From: Alphaproteobacteria bacterium
GTDB taxonomy: Bacteria > Pseudomonadota > Alphaproteobacteria > RF32 > CAG-239
NCBI GenBank assembly: GCA_031550205.1
Contig: JAVBOV010000039.1
Span: forward strand, 1 to 53,082
DNA length: 53,082 bases
Direction: 5' to 3'
Part shown: in pieces, positions 29,490 to 39,347 of the stretch
Layout of the letters: the number at the start of each line of letters is the position of its first letter
Numbering within the stretch: the first letter of the stretch is position 1
The notes under the pieces: generated by a model
Database searches by the model: none
What the model saw: the letters and a program-made list of their open reading frames with translations, nothing else
Told to the model about the DNA's origin: nothing
Translations under genes and position numbers: made by a program

Positions 29490-30385
29490 GCGAGAAAATC
29501 AGAGAAATTCTTTTAGAATATTCAGAGCGATTTAACCAGCAATTGCCGAAGTTCTTTGTGACGCCTTTGGGGCCTGAGAAAAGGGTGATTGAGGCCATGC
29601 ATTATTCAATGTCAAACGGCGGCAAGCGTTTGCGCCCGTTTTTGGTTTTTGAAACTGCCAAGCTGTTCGGCGTTTCTTTTGCGCAGTCTGTCAACGCCGC
29701 AACTGCTTTGGAGATGGTGCACACATATTCTTTGATTCATGATGATTTGCCGTGCATGGACAACGATGATTTGCGCCGCGGAAAGCCCACCTGCCACAAG
29801 CGTTTTGACGAGGCGACGGCGGTTTTGGCCGGAGACGGTTTGCTGACCTATGCGTTTTATGTTTTGGCAAGTGACAAAAGCGTTGATGCGGAAACCTGCC
29901 GCAAACTGACAGGGCTGCTTTCAGATGCGGCCGGAGCTTTTGGCGGAATGGTGGCCGGGCAGATGCTGGATTTGACGCCGGCTTATGACATTCCTGTGGC
30001 TGAGAAAGAAAATACGGTTAAGAGAATCGAAGAAATGAAGACCGGGCGGATGATTATGTATGCTGTTGAGGCCGGTGCTGTGTTGGGCGGCGCAACGCCA
30101 AAGCAGCTTAAAGCTTTGCAGACATATGCCCGCAAAACCGGGCAGGCTTTCCAGATTGCCGATGATATTTTGGACGTAGAGGGCGACCAGGAACTGGTGG
30201 GCAAGACATTAAACAAAGACGGCGCCCAAGGCAAGATGACCTTTGTGGGGCTGTATGGAGTGGAAAAGGCTTCTAAATTGGCACACAAGTTGACAGAGGA
30301 AGCTAAGGAAGCGATTGCAGATTTTGGAAGCAAAGCTGAAAATTTGAGGCTGCTGGCGGATTATTTTATTAGCAGGAAGAGTTAG
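29486..30385 (+). CDS. ispA: farnesyl diphosphate synthase
   Basis: GGKRLRP, SLIHDDLPCMDNDDLRRG, FQIADDILD; follows xseB. Confidence 0.96.
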   Translation: MSEKIREILLEYSERFNQQLPKFFVTPLGPEKRVIEAMHYSMSNGGKRLRPFLVFETAKLFGVSFAQSVNAATALEMVHTYSLIHDDLPCMDNDDLRRGKPTCHKRFDEATAVLAGDGLLTYAFYVLASDKSVDAETCRKLTGLLSDAAGAFGGMVAGQMLDLTPAYDIPVAEKENTVKRIEEMKTGRMIMYAVEAGAVLGGATPKQLKALQTYARKTGQAFQIADDILDVEGDQELVGKTLNKDGAQGKMTFVGLYGVEKASKLAHKLTEEAKEAIADFGSKAENLRLLADYFISRKS

Positions 30386-30424
30386 GAGAGTTTCTGTGAA
30401 GAAATTTTGTAGTGAAGAGTGGTG

Positions 30425-30720
30425 AGTGGCAATCTCAAATGAATCTTGTTTCTGGTCTTTTACCTGCAAGGGTTTTATGTTCCTTTTGAGACCAAAAGGA
30501 ACCCAAAGTCCTGCCACGGCTCGATGCCTAGCGCTTTGCTTTCATACAAATATTGTTCTTCTTTTTGGTGCATCAATTCCATTTTTAGCTAAAGACTAAA
30601 AATGAAATTTCTCTTTGGTATGTTCGCAAAGCTGAGGCTGTCTCGCAATGTGGCGAAAAAGGGGAAGTTAGCAAACAAAATCTAAAAAGCTGCACTAAGG
30701 CAGGAAAGAAAGAGAAGGAG
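30425..30720. repeat. ~300-bp composite structured repeat, second copy
   Basis: Conserved end blocks shared with 13474-13778, unrelated central hairpin. Confidence 0.75.
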
Positions 30721-30879
30721 GTTTGGGTGTATTTTGTCATTGCGAGTGGAGCGCGGCAATCCAACCAATAATATAGCCGGTTGGTACTGGATTCCAGATA
30801 AAATTTTACAATTTTTTTATCTCTGCTCCCTGGGGTCGACAGAGAAAAATTGTAAAATTTTTCTGGAATGACAATTATA

Positions 30880-32034
30880 TTAAATTGTTGTGAGCTTTAT
30901 TTGTTTTTTTTCTTTGTCGAAGCTGATGCTTAAGTTTCCGCCTCGCAAATCTTCTGCATGTTTACCGAAGACTTCGTAGCGCCAGCCTTTTAGAATCGGG
31001 TTGTTTTGGTCGCGGAATTGGCAGAAGGCTTTTAAGTCTTCATCAGCAGCGATTAATCTCGGGACAACGCCAAGCTCCACGCTTTTGATTCTTAAGAGCA
31101 TTTTTACCAGCTCAAGCAGGGCTTGAGAGCCGCCCGCTACTTCTTTTTGCTCTTCCAACTTAACATACTCATTTTTGGGAATATTTCTGAAGTTTTCAAT
31201 TACTTTCAAAATTTCTAAGGCCAGTTTGCCGTTGGAAATGTCTTGGCGGATGTTTCGGGTTTCCTGCATTTCTTCTAAGCTATTGGGAGCTGCAGCGGCA
31301 ATGGCTAACAGGCTGTCATCTTTAATTATCATCTGGCGGGGCAGGTTTTTGCGCTTGGCACGTTCTTCACGCCAGGCAGCCAGTTCTCTGAGCAGGGTTA
31401 AAAAAGCCGGGCTATGCGAGCGGTGGCGCAGCCTTTGCCAAGCGGTGTTTGGCTCAATGACATAGTTGGCAGGGTCTTTTAGTTCTTCATTTTCTTCCTC
31501 TAACCAGCTTTCACGGCCGGTTTCAGCCAAAAGGTGTTTGAGTTTTTGATAAATTTCAGTCAAATGGGTGACATCGGAGATGGCGTATTCTAATTGGGCG
31601 TTGGTTAAGGGGCGTTTGCTCCAGTTGGAGAGGCGGCAGGTTTTATCTAATTTGGCGCCGGTTAGTTTGGCAACCAGATTTTCATAGCTTACAGATTCAC
31701 CAAAGCCCAAGACCATGGCGGCAATTTGAGAATCAAAAATCGGTTCCGGGATGAAGCCGGAAAGGGTGTATAAAATCTCTATGTCTTGGCGGCAGGAGTG
31801 GAAAACTTTGACAATGTTTTTATCGGCCATTAGGGTGAAAAATGCTGATAAATCTATGTCTTTGGCCATGGGGTCGATAATGGCGGCGTCGTGAACGGAG
31901 GCGACCTGAATGAGGCAGAGCTCGGCGTAATAGGTTTTTTCACGCAGGAACTCAAGGTCTACGGTGATGAACTCTTCCGTGCTTAAATGCAGGCAAAAGT
32001 TTTCTAAATCTGAGGTGTTTTGTATGAATTTCAT
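30880..32034 (-). CDS. rnd: ribonuclease D
   Basis: VDLEFLREKTYY, KVFHSCRQD, NWSKRPLT..QLEYAISDV, HRDC, GWRYEVFG. Confidence 0.97.
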   Translation of the reverse strand: MKFIQNTSDLENFCLHLSTEEFITVDLEFLREKTYYAELCLIQVASVHDAAIIDPMAKDIDLSAFFTLMADKNIVKVFHSCRQDIEILYTLSGFIPEPIFDSQIAAMVLGFGESVSYENLVAKLTGAKLDKTCRLSNWSKRPLTNAQLEYAISDVTHLTEIYQKLKHLLAETGRESWLEEENEELKDPANYVIEPNTAWQRLRHRSHSPAFLTLLRELAAWREERAKRKNLPRQMIIKDDSLLAIAAAAPNSLEEMQETRNIRQDISNGKLALEILKVIENFRNIPKNEYVKLEEQKEVAGGSQALLELVKMLLRIKSVELGVVPRLIAADEDLKAFCQFRDQNNPILKGWRYEVFGKHAEDLRGGNLSISFDKEKKQIKLTTI

Positions 32035-32201
32035 TTTTTTCTTCCAGTTTGGCTTAGGTATTATAGGGCAATTGTATTAAAATTTTATTGCTTTTATCAG
32101 GGAATGGGGTATAAATTTTGAGGCTGAGGGAATAAGGACGAGATTGCGACGCCCTAAAGGGCTCGCAATGAGAGTTTAAAATAATTTAACAAGAGGACGT
32201 T

Positions 32202-33968
32202 ATGCATAAATATCGGACACATAATTGCGGAGAGCTCCGCGCCGAACACATCAATAAAGAGGTTAAAATTGCCGGTTGGATTCACCGCAAGCGAGATTTG
32301 GGCAACCTTTGCTTTATTGATTTGCGCGACAGATACGGCGTTACGCAGCTTGTTATTGATGAAAGCGCAGCGGCAGATGTAAGAACTGCTGCGGAAAAAT
32401 TAGGCAGAGAATTTGTTTTGCAGGCTGCGGGAAAAGTGGTTGAGAGAAGCAGTAAAAACGACAAGATGCCTACCGGCGAGATTGAGATTGTGGTGAGCGA
32501 TTTGCAGGTGCTTAACCCTTCAGAGACGCCGCCTTTTACCATTGAAGATGAAACCGACGGCGGCGAAGAACTGCGCGCCAAGTTCAGGTATCTTGATTTG
32601 CGACGCAATCCTTTACAAAGCGCGATAAAATTGCGTCACAAAATGGCGCAAGAGGTTAGAAAATATTTGGATGCTCAGGGCTTTTTGGAAATAGAAACTC
32701 CTTTTTTAATTAAATCTACCCCTGAAGGAGCCAGAGACTTTGTGGTTCCCTCACGCATGAACGCCGGCGAGTTTTATGCTTTGCCGCAGAGCCCGCAGAC
32801 CTTTAAGCAGCTTTTGATGGTTGGCGGCTATGACCGTTATTTTCAGATTGTTCGCTGTTTTAGAGATGAAGATTTGCGCGCCGACCGCCAGCCGGAATTT
32901 ACGCAAATTGACTGCGAGATGGCTTTTGTGGAGCGCGAAGATGTGTTGCAGACCTTTGAAGGCATGGCAAAGTTTTTGTTTAAAAAAGTGCTTAATATTG
33001 AATTTGATAAAGAATTTCCGAGAATGTCTTATAATGACGCAATGAAATATTATGGTTCAGACAAGCCGGATATTCGTTTCGGGATGCGTATTTTTGAACT
33101 TTCAGACAGAGTTAAAGGCAAAAATTTTTCAATATTTGACAATGCCGAATATATTGGCGGAATTTGCGTTGAAGGCTGCGGGGAATATAGCCGCAAACAG
33201 CTGGATGAGCTTACGGACTGGGTGAAGCGTCCGCAGGTTGGAGCAGGTGGTTTGATATATATTCAGTGGAAAAATGATGGTATAAAGTCTAGCGTTGATA
33301 AGTTTTATACACCTGAAGAGCTGCGAAAAATTGCCTCTGACAACGGGGCAAAACCGGGTGATTTGATTTTTATTATGGCGGGTAAGAAAAACCAGACGAT
33401 AAACGCTCTGGGAAAACTGCGCTTGGAGATGGGCAGCCGTCTCGGTTTGCGTGATAATAAGGTTTTTGCTCCGTTGTGGGTATATGATTTTCCGCTTTTG
33501 GAGTGGGACGAAGAAACCAAGCGCTTTTATGCGATGCATCATCCGTTTACCTCACCAAAACCGGAAGATTTGGAAAATTTTTATTCTGATAAAAAAGAAA
33601 CCGTGGCGGAAGTTTGCGCAAATGCTTATGACTTTGTTATAAACGGCACGGAAATCGGCGGCGGTTCAATTAGAATTCATGATGCAAAGCTGCAGCAACG
33701 CATGTTTGAGGTTTTGGGCTTTTCTGCTGAAGATGCTGCAAAAAGGTTCGGCTTTATTATCAATGCATTTAAGTATGGCGCACCGCCTCATGGCGGCATA
33801 GCTTTCGGTTTTGACCGTTGGTGCGCAATATTCGGCGGACAGGAAAGCATTCGCGATTTTATTGCTTTTCCGAAGAACAACACCGGACGCGACGCTATGC
33901 TTGACGCGCCTTCGGGAATAGATGAGGTTCAACTGAAGGAGTTGAAAATTCGCTTGGTGAAGGAGTAG
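32202..33968 (+). CDS. aspS: aspartate--tRNA ligase
   Basis: [48 protein letters not shown]. Confidence 0.99.
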   Translation: MHKYRTHNCGELRAEHINKEVKIAGWIHRKRDLGNLCFIDLRDRYGVTQLVIDESAAADVRTAAEKLGREFVLQAAGKVVERSSKNDKMPTGEIEIVVSDLQVLNPSETPPFTIEDETDGGEELRAKFRYLDLRRNPLQSAIKLRHKMAQEVRKYLDAQGFLEIETPFLIKSTPEGARDFVVPSRMNAGEFYALPQSPQTFKQLLMVGGYDRYFQIVRCFRDEDLRADRQPEFTQIDCEMAFVEREDVLQTFEGMAKFLFKKVLNIEFDKEFPRMSYNDAMKYYGSDKPDIRFGMRIFELSDRVKGKNFSIFDNAEYIGGICVEGCGEYSRKQLDELTDWVKRPQVGAGGLIYIQWKNDGIKSSVDKFYTPEELRKIASDNGAKPGDLIFIMAGKKNQTINALGKLRLEMGSRLGLRDNKVFAPLWVYDFPLLEWDEETKRFYAMHHPFTSPKPEDLENFYSDKKETVAEVCANAYDFVINGTEIGGGSIRIHDAKLQQRMFEVLGFSAEDAAKRFGFIINAFKYGAPPHGGIAFGFDRWCAIFGGQESIRDFIAFPKNNTGRDAMLDAPSGIDEVQLKELKIRLVKE

Positions 33969-33971
33969 AGC

Positions 33972-34202
33972 ATGAATGTGGTGAGCATTGCTTATTTGGT
34001 GATGGGTTTTATAGGCCTTTATTTGTGGTCTGAGAAATCTGAGCCGAAGCGTCCGCTTTTGATTAGAGTTGTTATTGCTTTTATTTGTTCTCCTTTTTGG
34101 CTGCCGATTTTGGTGGTGTATTGGTTTAATGAATATGCAACCAACAAGAAGAAGGTTGAGGTTTTGCAAAAAGAAGTTGAGAAGCTGAAGAAAAAAAAGT
34201 GA
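33972..34202 (+). CDS. small membrane protein
   Basis: 76 aa, two hydrophobic segments, basic coiled tail; AGGAG RBS inside aspS end. Confidence 0.65.
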   Translation: MNVVSIAYLVMGFIGLYLWSEKSEPKRPLLIRVVIAFICSPFWLPILVVYWFNEYATNKKKVEVLQKEVEKLKKKK

Positions 34203-34306
34203 TAATTTGCCGAGATCATCACGGCCTGAAGGCCTCATGATGACAATAATAGAGAAAACTCCGCTTTTTCAAGCGGAGTTTTCTTTTTAGTTGTGACAAC
34301 TTAAAG

Positions 34307-34648
34307 CTAATTGGTTTTGGAACCAAAGGCTCTGACGGTTGTTTTGCTGAACACGCCCAAAACCTGGGTGAATTCATAGTCGGCATAGGCCACTTTTTTC
34401 AGAGAAGCGTCTTCCATGGCTTTTTTAAGGCCGGCATCGCCGAAACCAAAGCTGATGATGGAATAACCGACGTAGGTGTCGTGCCCTTCGCCCAAGGTTT
34501 TGTTCATATCAACATTTTTGAACTCGGTGGTTAACGGAGCGCGGTAGTTGGTATAGAAAAAACCGGGAGCCGGCTGAAAAGGAGCTTCGGTGAAAGCGCA
34601 GCCGCTTAAAATTGTCAAAACCAGCAATGTTAATGATAGTTTTTTCAA
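34307..34648 (-). CDS. TRL-like family lipoprotein
   Basis: Lipobox LSGC, GDAGL..AM...L.KVAYADYE...VLGVF. Confidence 0.8.
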   Translation of the reverse strand: MKKLSLTLLVLTILSGCAFTEAPFQPAPGFFYTNYRAPLTTEFKNVDMNKTLGEGHDTYVGYSIISFGFGDAGLKKAMEDASLKKVAYADYEFTQVLGVFSKTTVRAFGSKTN

Positions 34649-34652
34649 TTAA

Positions 34653-34976
34653 TTAATCTCCGTAAACATAAACGTTGGTTTTGGTATATACGCCGAAGAA
34701 TACGTTAGTGAAGTCATAGTCAGCGTGTTTAACGGTTCTGATTTTGCCGTTTTTGGCGGCAGCTTCAACGCTGGCATCGCCCAAGGCAACCAGACCAAGC
34801 ACGCTCATAGCAGAGGATGTACCAGTTTTTGAACCTAAGTTGGTGTTTTCATATTCTAAAGACAGAGGAGCTTTGGTGTTGTTATAAACCAAGCCCATAG
34901 CCGGCTGGAACGGAGCCTTGGTGGCGCAGCCAGTCAAAGAAAGTGCGATAACAGAAGCCATTAGTATTTTTTTCAT
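34653..34976 (-). CDS. TRL-like family lipoprotein
   Basis: Lipobox LTGC, SVLGLVALGDASVEAAAKNGKI..VKHADY; paralog of adjacent gene (APFQPA). Confidence 0.85.
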   Translation of the reverse strand: MKKILMASVIALSLTGCATKAPFQPAMGLVYNNTKAPLSLEYENTNLGSKTGTSSAMSVLGLVALGDASVEAAAKNGKIRTVKHADYDFTNVFFGVYTKTNVYVYGD

Positions 34977-35152
34977 TGATAAATCCTTTAAAAAAATTAA
35001 TACAAGCCTGCTTTTTACAGGCACGACTTAATCGTAGAATTGTTTATATATTAGTCAACGTCAATTTCTGATATGCACCGGAGAATTTGATAAAACGGAT
35101 TTTTTATATTGACTTTGGATTAGAGCTATTATATAAGACCAGCAAGCTTTGG

Positions 35153-35228
35153 GCCGACTTAGCTCAGTTGGTAGAGCTACTGATTTGTAATCAGTGGGTC
35201 GGGAGTTCGAGTCTCTCAGTCGGCACCA
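35153..35228 (+). tRNA. tRNA-Thr(TGT)
   Basis: Canonical cloverleaf, CTGA-TTTGTAA-TCAG anticodon arm, encoded CCA. Confidence 0.97.
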
Positions 35229-35389
35229 TTGTCTGATGCATTGTTCTTTGAGCTTTATTTTTGTGCCGGAGAGACTATACTTTGGAATCTAGCTTCACTG
35301 CGGCTGCTTTTGCAGCCTGGTTCAGCAAGATTTTACAAAGGTTTTGCAGACAAAAATAACAATTACTTTGGTTATTTTTGCTTAGCAAC

Positions 35390-35405
35390 CTCAGTCGGCA
35401 CCATT
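35390..35405 (+). repeat. 16-bp duplication of tRNA-Thr 3' end (att-like)
   Basis: CTCAGTCGGCACCATT identical to 35215-35230. Confidence 0.85.
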
Positions 35406-35513
35406 TCAAAGCTTCCTTAGGGAAGCTTTTTTAGAATAGATTATTGTCCTCCTTCGCTGAAGCTACGGCGGACATAACAAAATCTAAAAGGCAGAGCCTT
35501 TAAGATTTTCTAA

Positions 35514-35588
35514 TGGGGTGTCGCCAAGCGGTAAGGCAGCGGTTTCTGGTACCGCCATTCCTGGGTTCGAATCCTAGCACCCCAGCCA
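35514..35588 (+). tRNA. tRNA-Gln(CTG)
   Basis: TGGGGTG/CACCCCA acceptor, GCGGT-TTCTGGT-ACCGC anticodon arm, encoded CCA. Confidence 0.97.
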
Positions 35589-35725
35589 CAACAGACAGCT
35601 TCCTTTTTGGAGGCTGTTTTTGTATGTGTGCCTTGACTTATGGCTAGTCCGTGTTGAGGTTTTGAAAAAAAGAGTTGTTTTTGCCAGCCACACGGACTAT
35701 CATTGCTTTCAAAAGGAGAAAATAA

Positions 35726-36427
35726 ATGAATATTAAAGCAATTATCTTTGACATGGATGGGGTGATGTTTGATACAGAGAAGCTATACAGAAAGGCTTTT
35801 GTTGCGATTGCTAAACGATGGGGTTGGGAAAACGAAGTAACAGAAGAGTTCATGGATAGTAATATTGGCAAAAGCAAAAAAGATATTTGCACTAGATATA
35901 AAGCACTCCTTGATGCAAAATCTATAGCAATAAATGGAAGAGAATTCGATTTTGATGAACATCTTAAGCAGGTCTATGCTTTTATTGATAATCACATAGA
36001 AACGAAGGGAACAATTGTCAAAGAAGGATTATTAGAATTGTTGAGCTTTGCAAAAGAGAATAATTTAAAAGTGGCTATAGGCACATCTGAAAATCATAAA
36101 AAAGTACAATTCTACTTAGAACATGCCAATATTCCTATGGATATTTTTGATACAATTGTTTGCGGAGATATGGTGCAACATGGTAAGCCTGCTCCAGACA
36201 TATTCATAAAGGCATGTAAAGAACTATCTGTAAAGCCAGAAGAAGCCGTTGTTTTGGAAGACTCGTTAAATGGAATTATTGCAGCACACAGAGCTGGAAC
36301 AAAACCAATAATGGTTTTAGACTGTATAAAACCCACAGACGAAATCATAAAAATATTGTTTTTTAAGCCATTGAATTCATTATTAGAAGTAGCTAAAATT
36401 ATAAAACAACAGAACGAAGCAACTTAG
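35726..36427 (+). CDS. HAD-superfamily phosphatase (beta-PGM/CbbY-like)
   Basis: FDMDGVMFDTE, GKPAPDIF, LEDSLNGI; AGGAG RBS. Confidence 0.95.
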   Translation: MNIKAIIFDMDGVMFDTEKLYRKAFVAIAKRWGWENEVTEEFMDSNIGKSKKDICTRYKALLDAKSIAINGREFDFDEHLKQVYAFIDNHIETKGTIVKEGLLELLSFAKENNLKVAIGTSENHKKVQFYLEHANIPMDIFDTIVCGDMVQHGKPAPDIFIKACKELSVKPEEAVVLEDSLNGIIAAHRAGTKPIMVLDCIKPTDEIIKILFFKPLNSLLEVAKIIKQQNEAT

Positions 36428-36453
36428 CAAATATAATTATTTAGCCCGTGCAC

Positions 36454-36640
36454 TGCAAGCTCACCCCAGCCACGTTTTACAACCGTCTTGAAAAAGGCGG
36501 TTTTTCTATATCGACCAAGGCTTTCGTTAGTTCGATGATGACTATGTTGGAAAAGATTGCTTGGGGCTGATTATCGAACAAATTTACTAAAAGCATTGGA
36601 AACTATAGCACTTTATAAGCTCAAATCAAATATGCCATTT
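36454..36640 (+). repeat. ~185-bp direct repeat, copy 1 (att core, terminator, conserved hairpin)
   Basis: Colinear with 37352-37538. Confidence 0.9.
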
Positions 36641-36731
36641 TTCATCAAATTTTGAAATAAGACATAATGAATGTTTTACTTTTTGTTCTTAATCGCTATA
36701 ATAAATAAAAATTTATAGGATATATACTGGT

Positions 36732-37235
36732 ATGATAGAAATATGGAATGTATATGATATTAACCGAAATTTGCAGAATAAAACTGTTAAAAGAGGTAGT
36801 AAAACCCTTGCCAATGACGAGTATAACTTAGCTGTAGATATTTGGATTGTAAATTCAAAAGGCGAGCATTTGATTCAAAAACGAGCTTCAAATAAAGCTG
36901 TTTATCCAAGCTATTGGGAATGTGCTGCTGGAGGAGCTGTGATTGCCGGGGAAAATTCTACTCAAGGGATGATTAGAGAACTTGAAGAAGAACTTGGTAT
37001 AATCCCTGATTTATCAAAAGCGCAGAAGGTTTTCGAGTTTATAAGAAGAGATAGTCATGTTGATGTGTGGCTTATTATAGATGACTTTGATATAGATAGT
37101 TTAAGCTTGCAACAAGAAGAAGTTAGTGCGGTAGAATGGGTTAGCACTGACAAAATATATCAAATGCTTAATGATGGTATTTTTGTACCGACTATTATGC
37201 CAGGATTTGAAAAAGTTATGGAGATTATTAAATGA
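36732..37235 (+). CDS. NUDIX hydrolase (IDI/YfcD-like)
   Basis: Nudix box GAVIAGENSTQGMIRELEEELGI, LIQKRA..K..YP..W, LQQEEV. Confidence 0.93.
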   Translation: MIEIWNVYDINRNLQNKTVKRGSKTLANDEYNLAVDIWIVNSKGEHLIQKRASNKAVYPSYWECAAGGAVIAGENSTQGMIRELEEELGIIPDLSKAQKVFEFIRRDSHVDVWLIIDDFDIDSLSLQQEEVSAVEWVSTDKIYQMLNDGIFVPTIMPGFEKVMEIIK

Positions 37236-37341
37236 GTATATTAATAAAAAGAGACCAAATTGAAAGCTTTTGTTTGGTGATGTGTTAGAAACTGAAGATG
37301 CAACACAAATCGTCGATAAATTATCTAAATTAATGTGGTAA
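37232..37341 (+). pseudogene. possible truncated gene remnant after NUDIX gene
   Basis: ATG overlapping NUDIX stop, 18-codon ORF then coding-like sequence in another frame ending TGGTAA. Confidence 0.25.
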
Positions 37342-37351
37342 GTTCGAGAAT

Positions 37352-37538
37352 TGCAAGCTATCTCCAGCCACGTTTTACAACCGTCTTGAAAAAGACGATT
37401 TTTCTATATCTGCTAAGGCTTACGTAAGTTCGATGATAGATATGTTGGAAAAGGTTGTTTGGGGTTGATTATCGAACTAATTTTGCAAAAAGCATTGGAA
37501 ACTATGACATTTTACAAGTTCGAATCAAATGAGCCTTT
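37352..37538 (+). repeat. ~185-bp direct repeat, copy 2
   Basis: Colinear with 36454-36640. Confidence 0.9.
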
Positions 37539-37706
37539 TAGATATTTGTGTTGATTCTTTGTTAATTAAACCCCTCAGAACTCTTGCCACAACAAGTTGT
37601 GGAGAGTTCTTGCTCCCCGTAAAATTACAGGGAGATAGATTGCAAGCACTCTTCAGCCAACTATAACAAACCCGCCGGTTACGGCGGGTTTATTATATTT
37701 ATGTGG

Positions 37707-39020
37707 TTATCTTTTTTTGCTTCTTTTTGAGCGGGATTGGGGGCCGAAGGTTTTGGAGTTTTTGTTGAACCTTTCTCGGTTTTTGGCTTTTTTATCCGGG
37801 GCGAACGGTTTAAACGGATTTTTGGCGCTGGTTTTGGCTTTGGGTTTTTTCTTGTTTTTATTTCCGGTTTCAAGCGTTGCAATCGGCTCGGCGCTGATTG
37901 GAGCCGGCAGGTCTAAAAGCATTGCATTATCGCGCTTATTCGGGTTTAAGAGTTTGTGAATTTCTTTCCATTTTGCACTGTCTTTGGCGGTTAAAAAGTT
38001 GATGGCAAGACCTTCAGCTCCGGCTCTGGCGGTGCGGCCGATGCGGTGGATGTAATCTTCCGGGCATTGCGGAAGGTCATAGTTTATTACGTTTTCAATG
38101 TGCGGAATATCCAGACCGCGGGCGGCGATGTCGGTTGCTACCAAAATTCTAAACTTTTGGGCTCTGAAATCAGAAATCACCCGCTCTCTTTTAGATTGTC
38201 TTAAATCTCCGTGGATTGCGCCGGCAGAAAATTTTTCTTTGTTCAGCTTAACAGCCATTCTGTCTGCTCCGTATTTGGTTTTTACAAAAACCAATAAAGA
38301 ACCAAGTCTGGTGTTAATTTGGTTTACCAAGTCTGCATATTTTGCAGAATCGGTGGTTTTGATTATCTCTTGTCTGATTTTGGGAGCAACCTCATTGCAA
38401 TTGCCGATGGCAATGCGCACCGGGTTGCTTAGATATTTTCTTGATAATGCCACAATGTTATTGGGCAGAGTTGCCGAGAACATTAAGGTTTGGCGCTTTT
38501 GGGGCAAAAACTTGGCAATTTCATTTAACTGAATGCCAAAGCCCATGTCAAGCATGCGGTCGGTTTCATCTAAAACCAAAAAATCAGTCTGCTTCAGGCT
38601 AAGGCTTTTTCTTGATAAGTGGTCGTTTATTCTGCCCGGAGTTCCGACAATTATTCTTGGGTTTTGTTTTAGTTGTTTCAGCTGTTTTAGCATGGAATCT
38701 CCGCCAATCAAAAGTGCAGAGTTGATGGCGGTTATGCTGCCAAGCATTTTGTTTGCGGCTTCTAAAACCTGAGCAGCAAGTTCACGGGTTGGCAAAAGAA
38801 CGAGGGCTGTGCTGTTTACATTGTTTAGCAGGTGGTTAATCATCGGGATTGCAAAGGAAGCAGTTTTGCCGGTTCCGGTTTGGGCGCTGCCCAAAATGTC
38901 GTGTCCTTTAAGCGCTGCCGGAATGGCCTGCTCTTGGATAGGGGTTGGTTTGGTGAAGTTCATTTGGCTCAAGGCTTCCAACATTATTGAGGGAATGCCC
39001 AGTTTTTTAAAATCTGTCAT
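37707..39020 (-). CDS. DEAD-box ATP-dependent RNA helicase
   Basis: Q motif, AQTGTGKT, PTRELA, TPGR, DETD variant of DEAD, SAT, HRIGRTAR, basic tail. Confidence 0.97.
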   Translation of the reverse strand: MTDFKKLGIPSIMLEALSQMNFTKPTPIQEQAIPAALKGHDILGSAQTGTGKTASFAIPMINHLLNNVNSTALVLLPTRELAAQVLEAANKMLGSITAINSALLIGGDSMLKQLKQLKQNPRIIVGTPGRINDHLSRKSLSLKQTDFLVLDETDRMLDMGFGIQLNEIAKFLPQKRQTLMFSATLPNNIVALSRKYLSNPVRIAIGNCNEVAPKIRQEIIKTTDSAKYADLVNQINTRLGSLLVFVKTKYGADRMAVKLNKEKFSAGAIHGDLRQSKRERVISDFRAQKFRILVATDIAARGLDIPHIENVINYDLPQCPEDYIHRIGRTARAGAEGLAINFLTAKDSAKWKEIHKLLNPNKRDNAMLLDLPAPISAEPIATLETGNKNKKKPKAKTSAKNPFKPFAPDKKAKNRERFNKNSKTFGPQSRSKRSKKR

Positions 39021-39347
39021 TTTTATACATTCATAGTTATTTCCACAAGCTTTTTGGCCTGTGGGATATTTAAAAATCTAATTATTCTATTGAATAGAAA
39101 AAATCAGCGGTTATTTAAGTTTCCAGACCGGGAAAGTTCCCGGTAACTCCGCTGATAAGGTTTTTAATGCCTATAAAGAGGCAGACACATTAGAAGAGCT
39201 ATAAGAATCTCAAGAGGTGTTTATACACTAAAATATTATATTTGCAAGCGAAGATTTGCGCAGCTTTACCGTTATATGTTCCGGAGTGCTGCTGCCCAAA
39301 AAAAAACGGCGGCCTCTTAGAGGTCGCCGTTTTTGGTTTAATATTTG

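Larger units (their letters stand above)
35578..37659 (+). mobile_element. tandem cassette array integrated at tRNA-Gln 3' end (no integrase in window)
   Basis: Three junctions TGCAAGC-N6-CAGCCA at 36454, 37352, 37641; AT-rich cargo genes. Confidence 0.65.

Noticed and set aside
36520-36585. Integron attC sites in the 185-bp repeats
   Set aside because: Stem runs GTT...AAC, opposite to the RYYYAAC...GTTRRRY layout, and no intI is present
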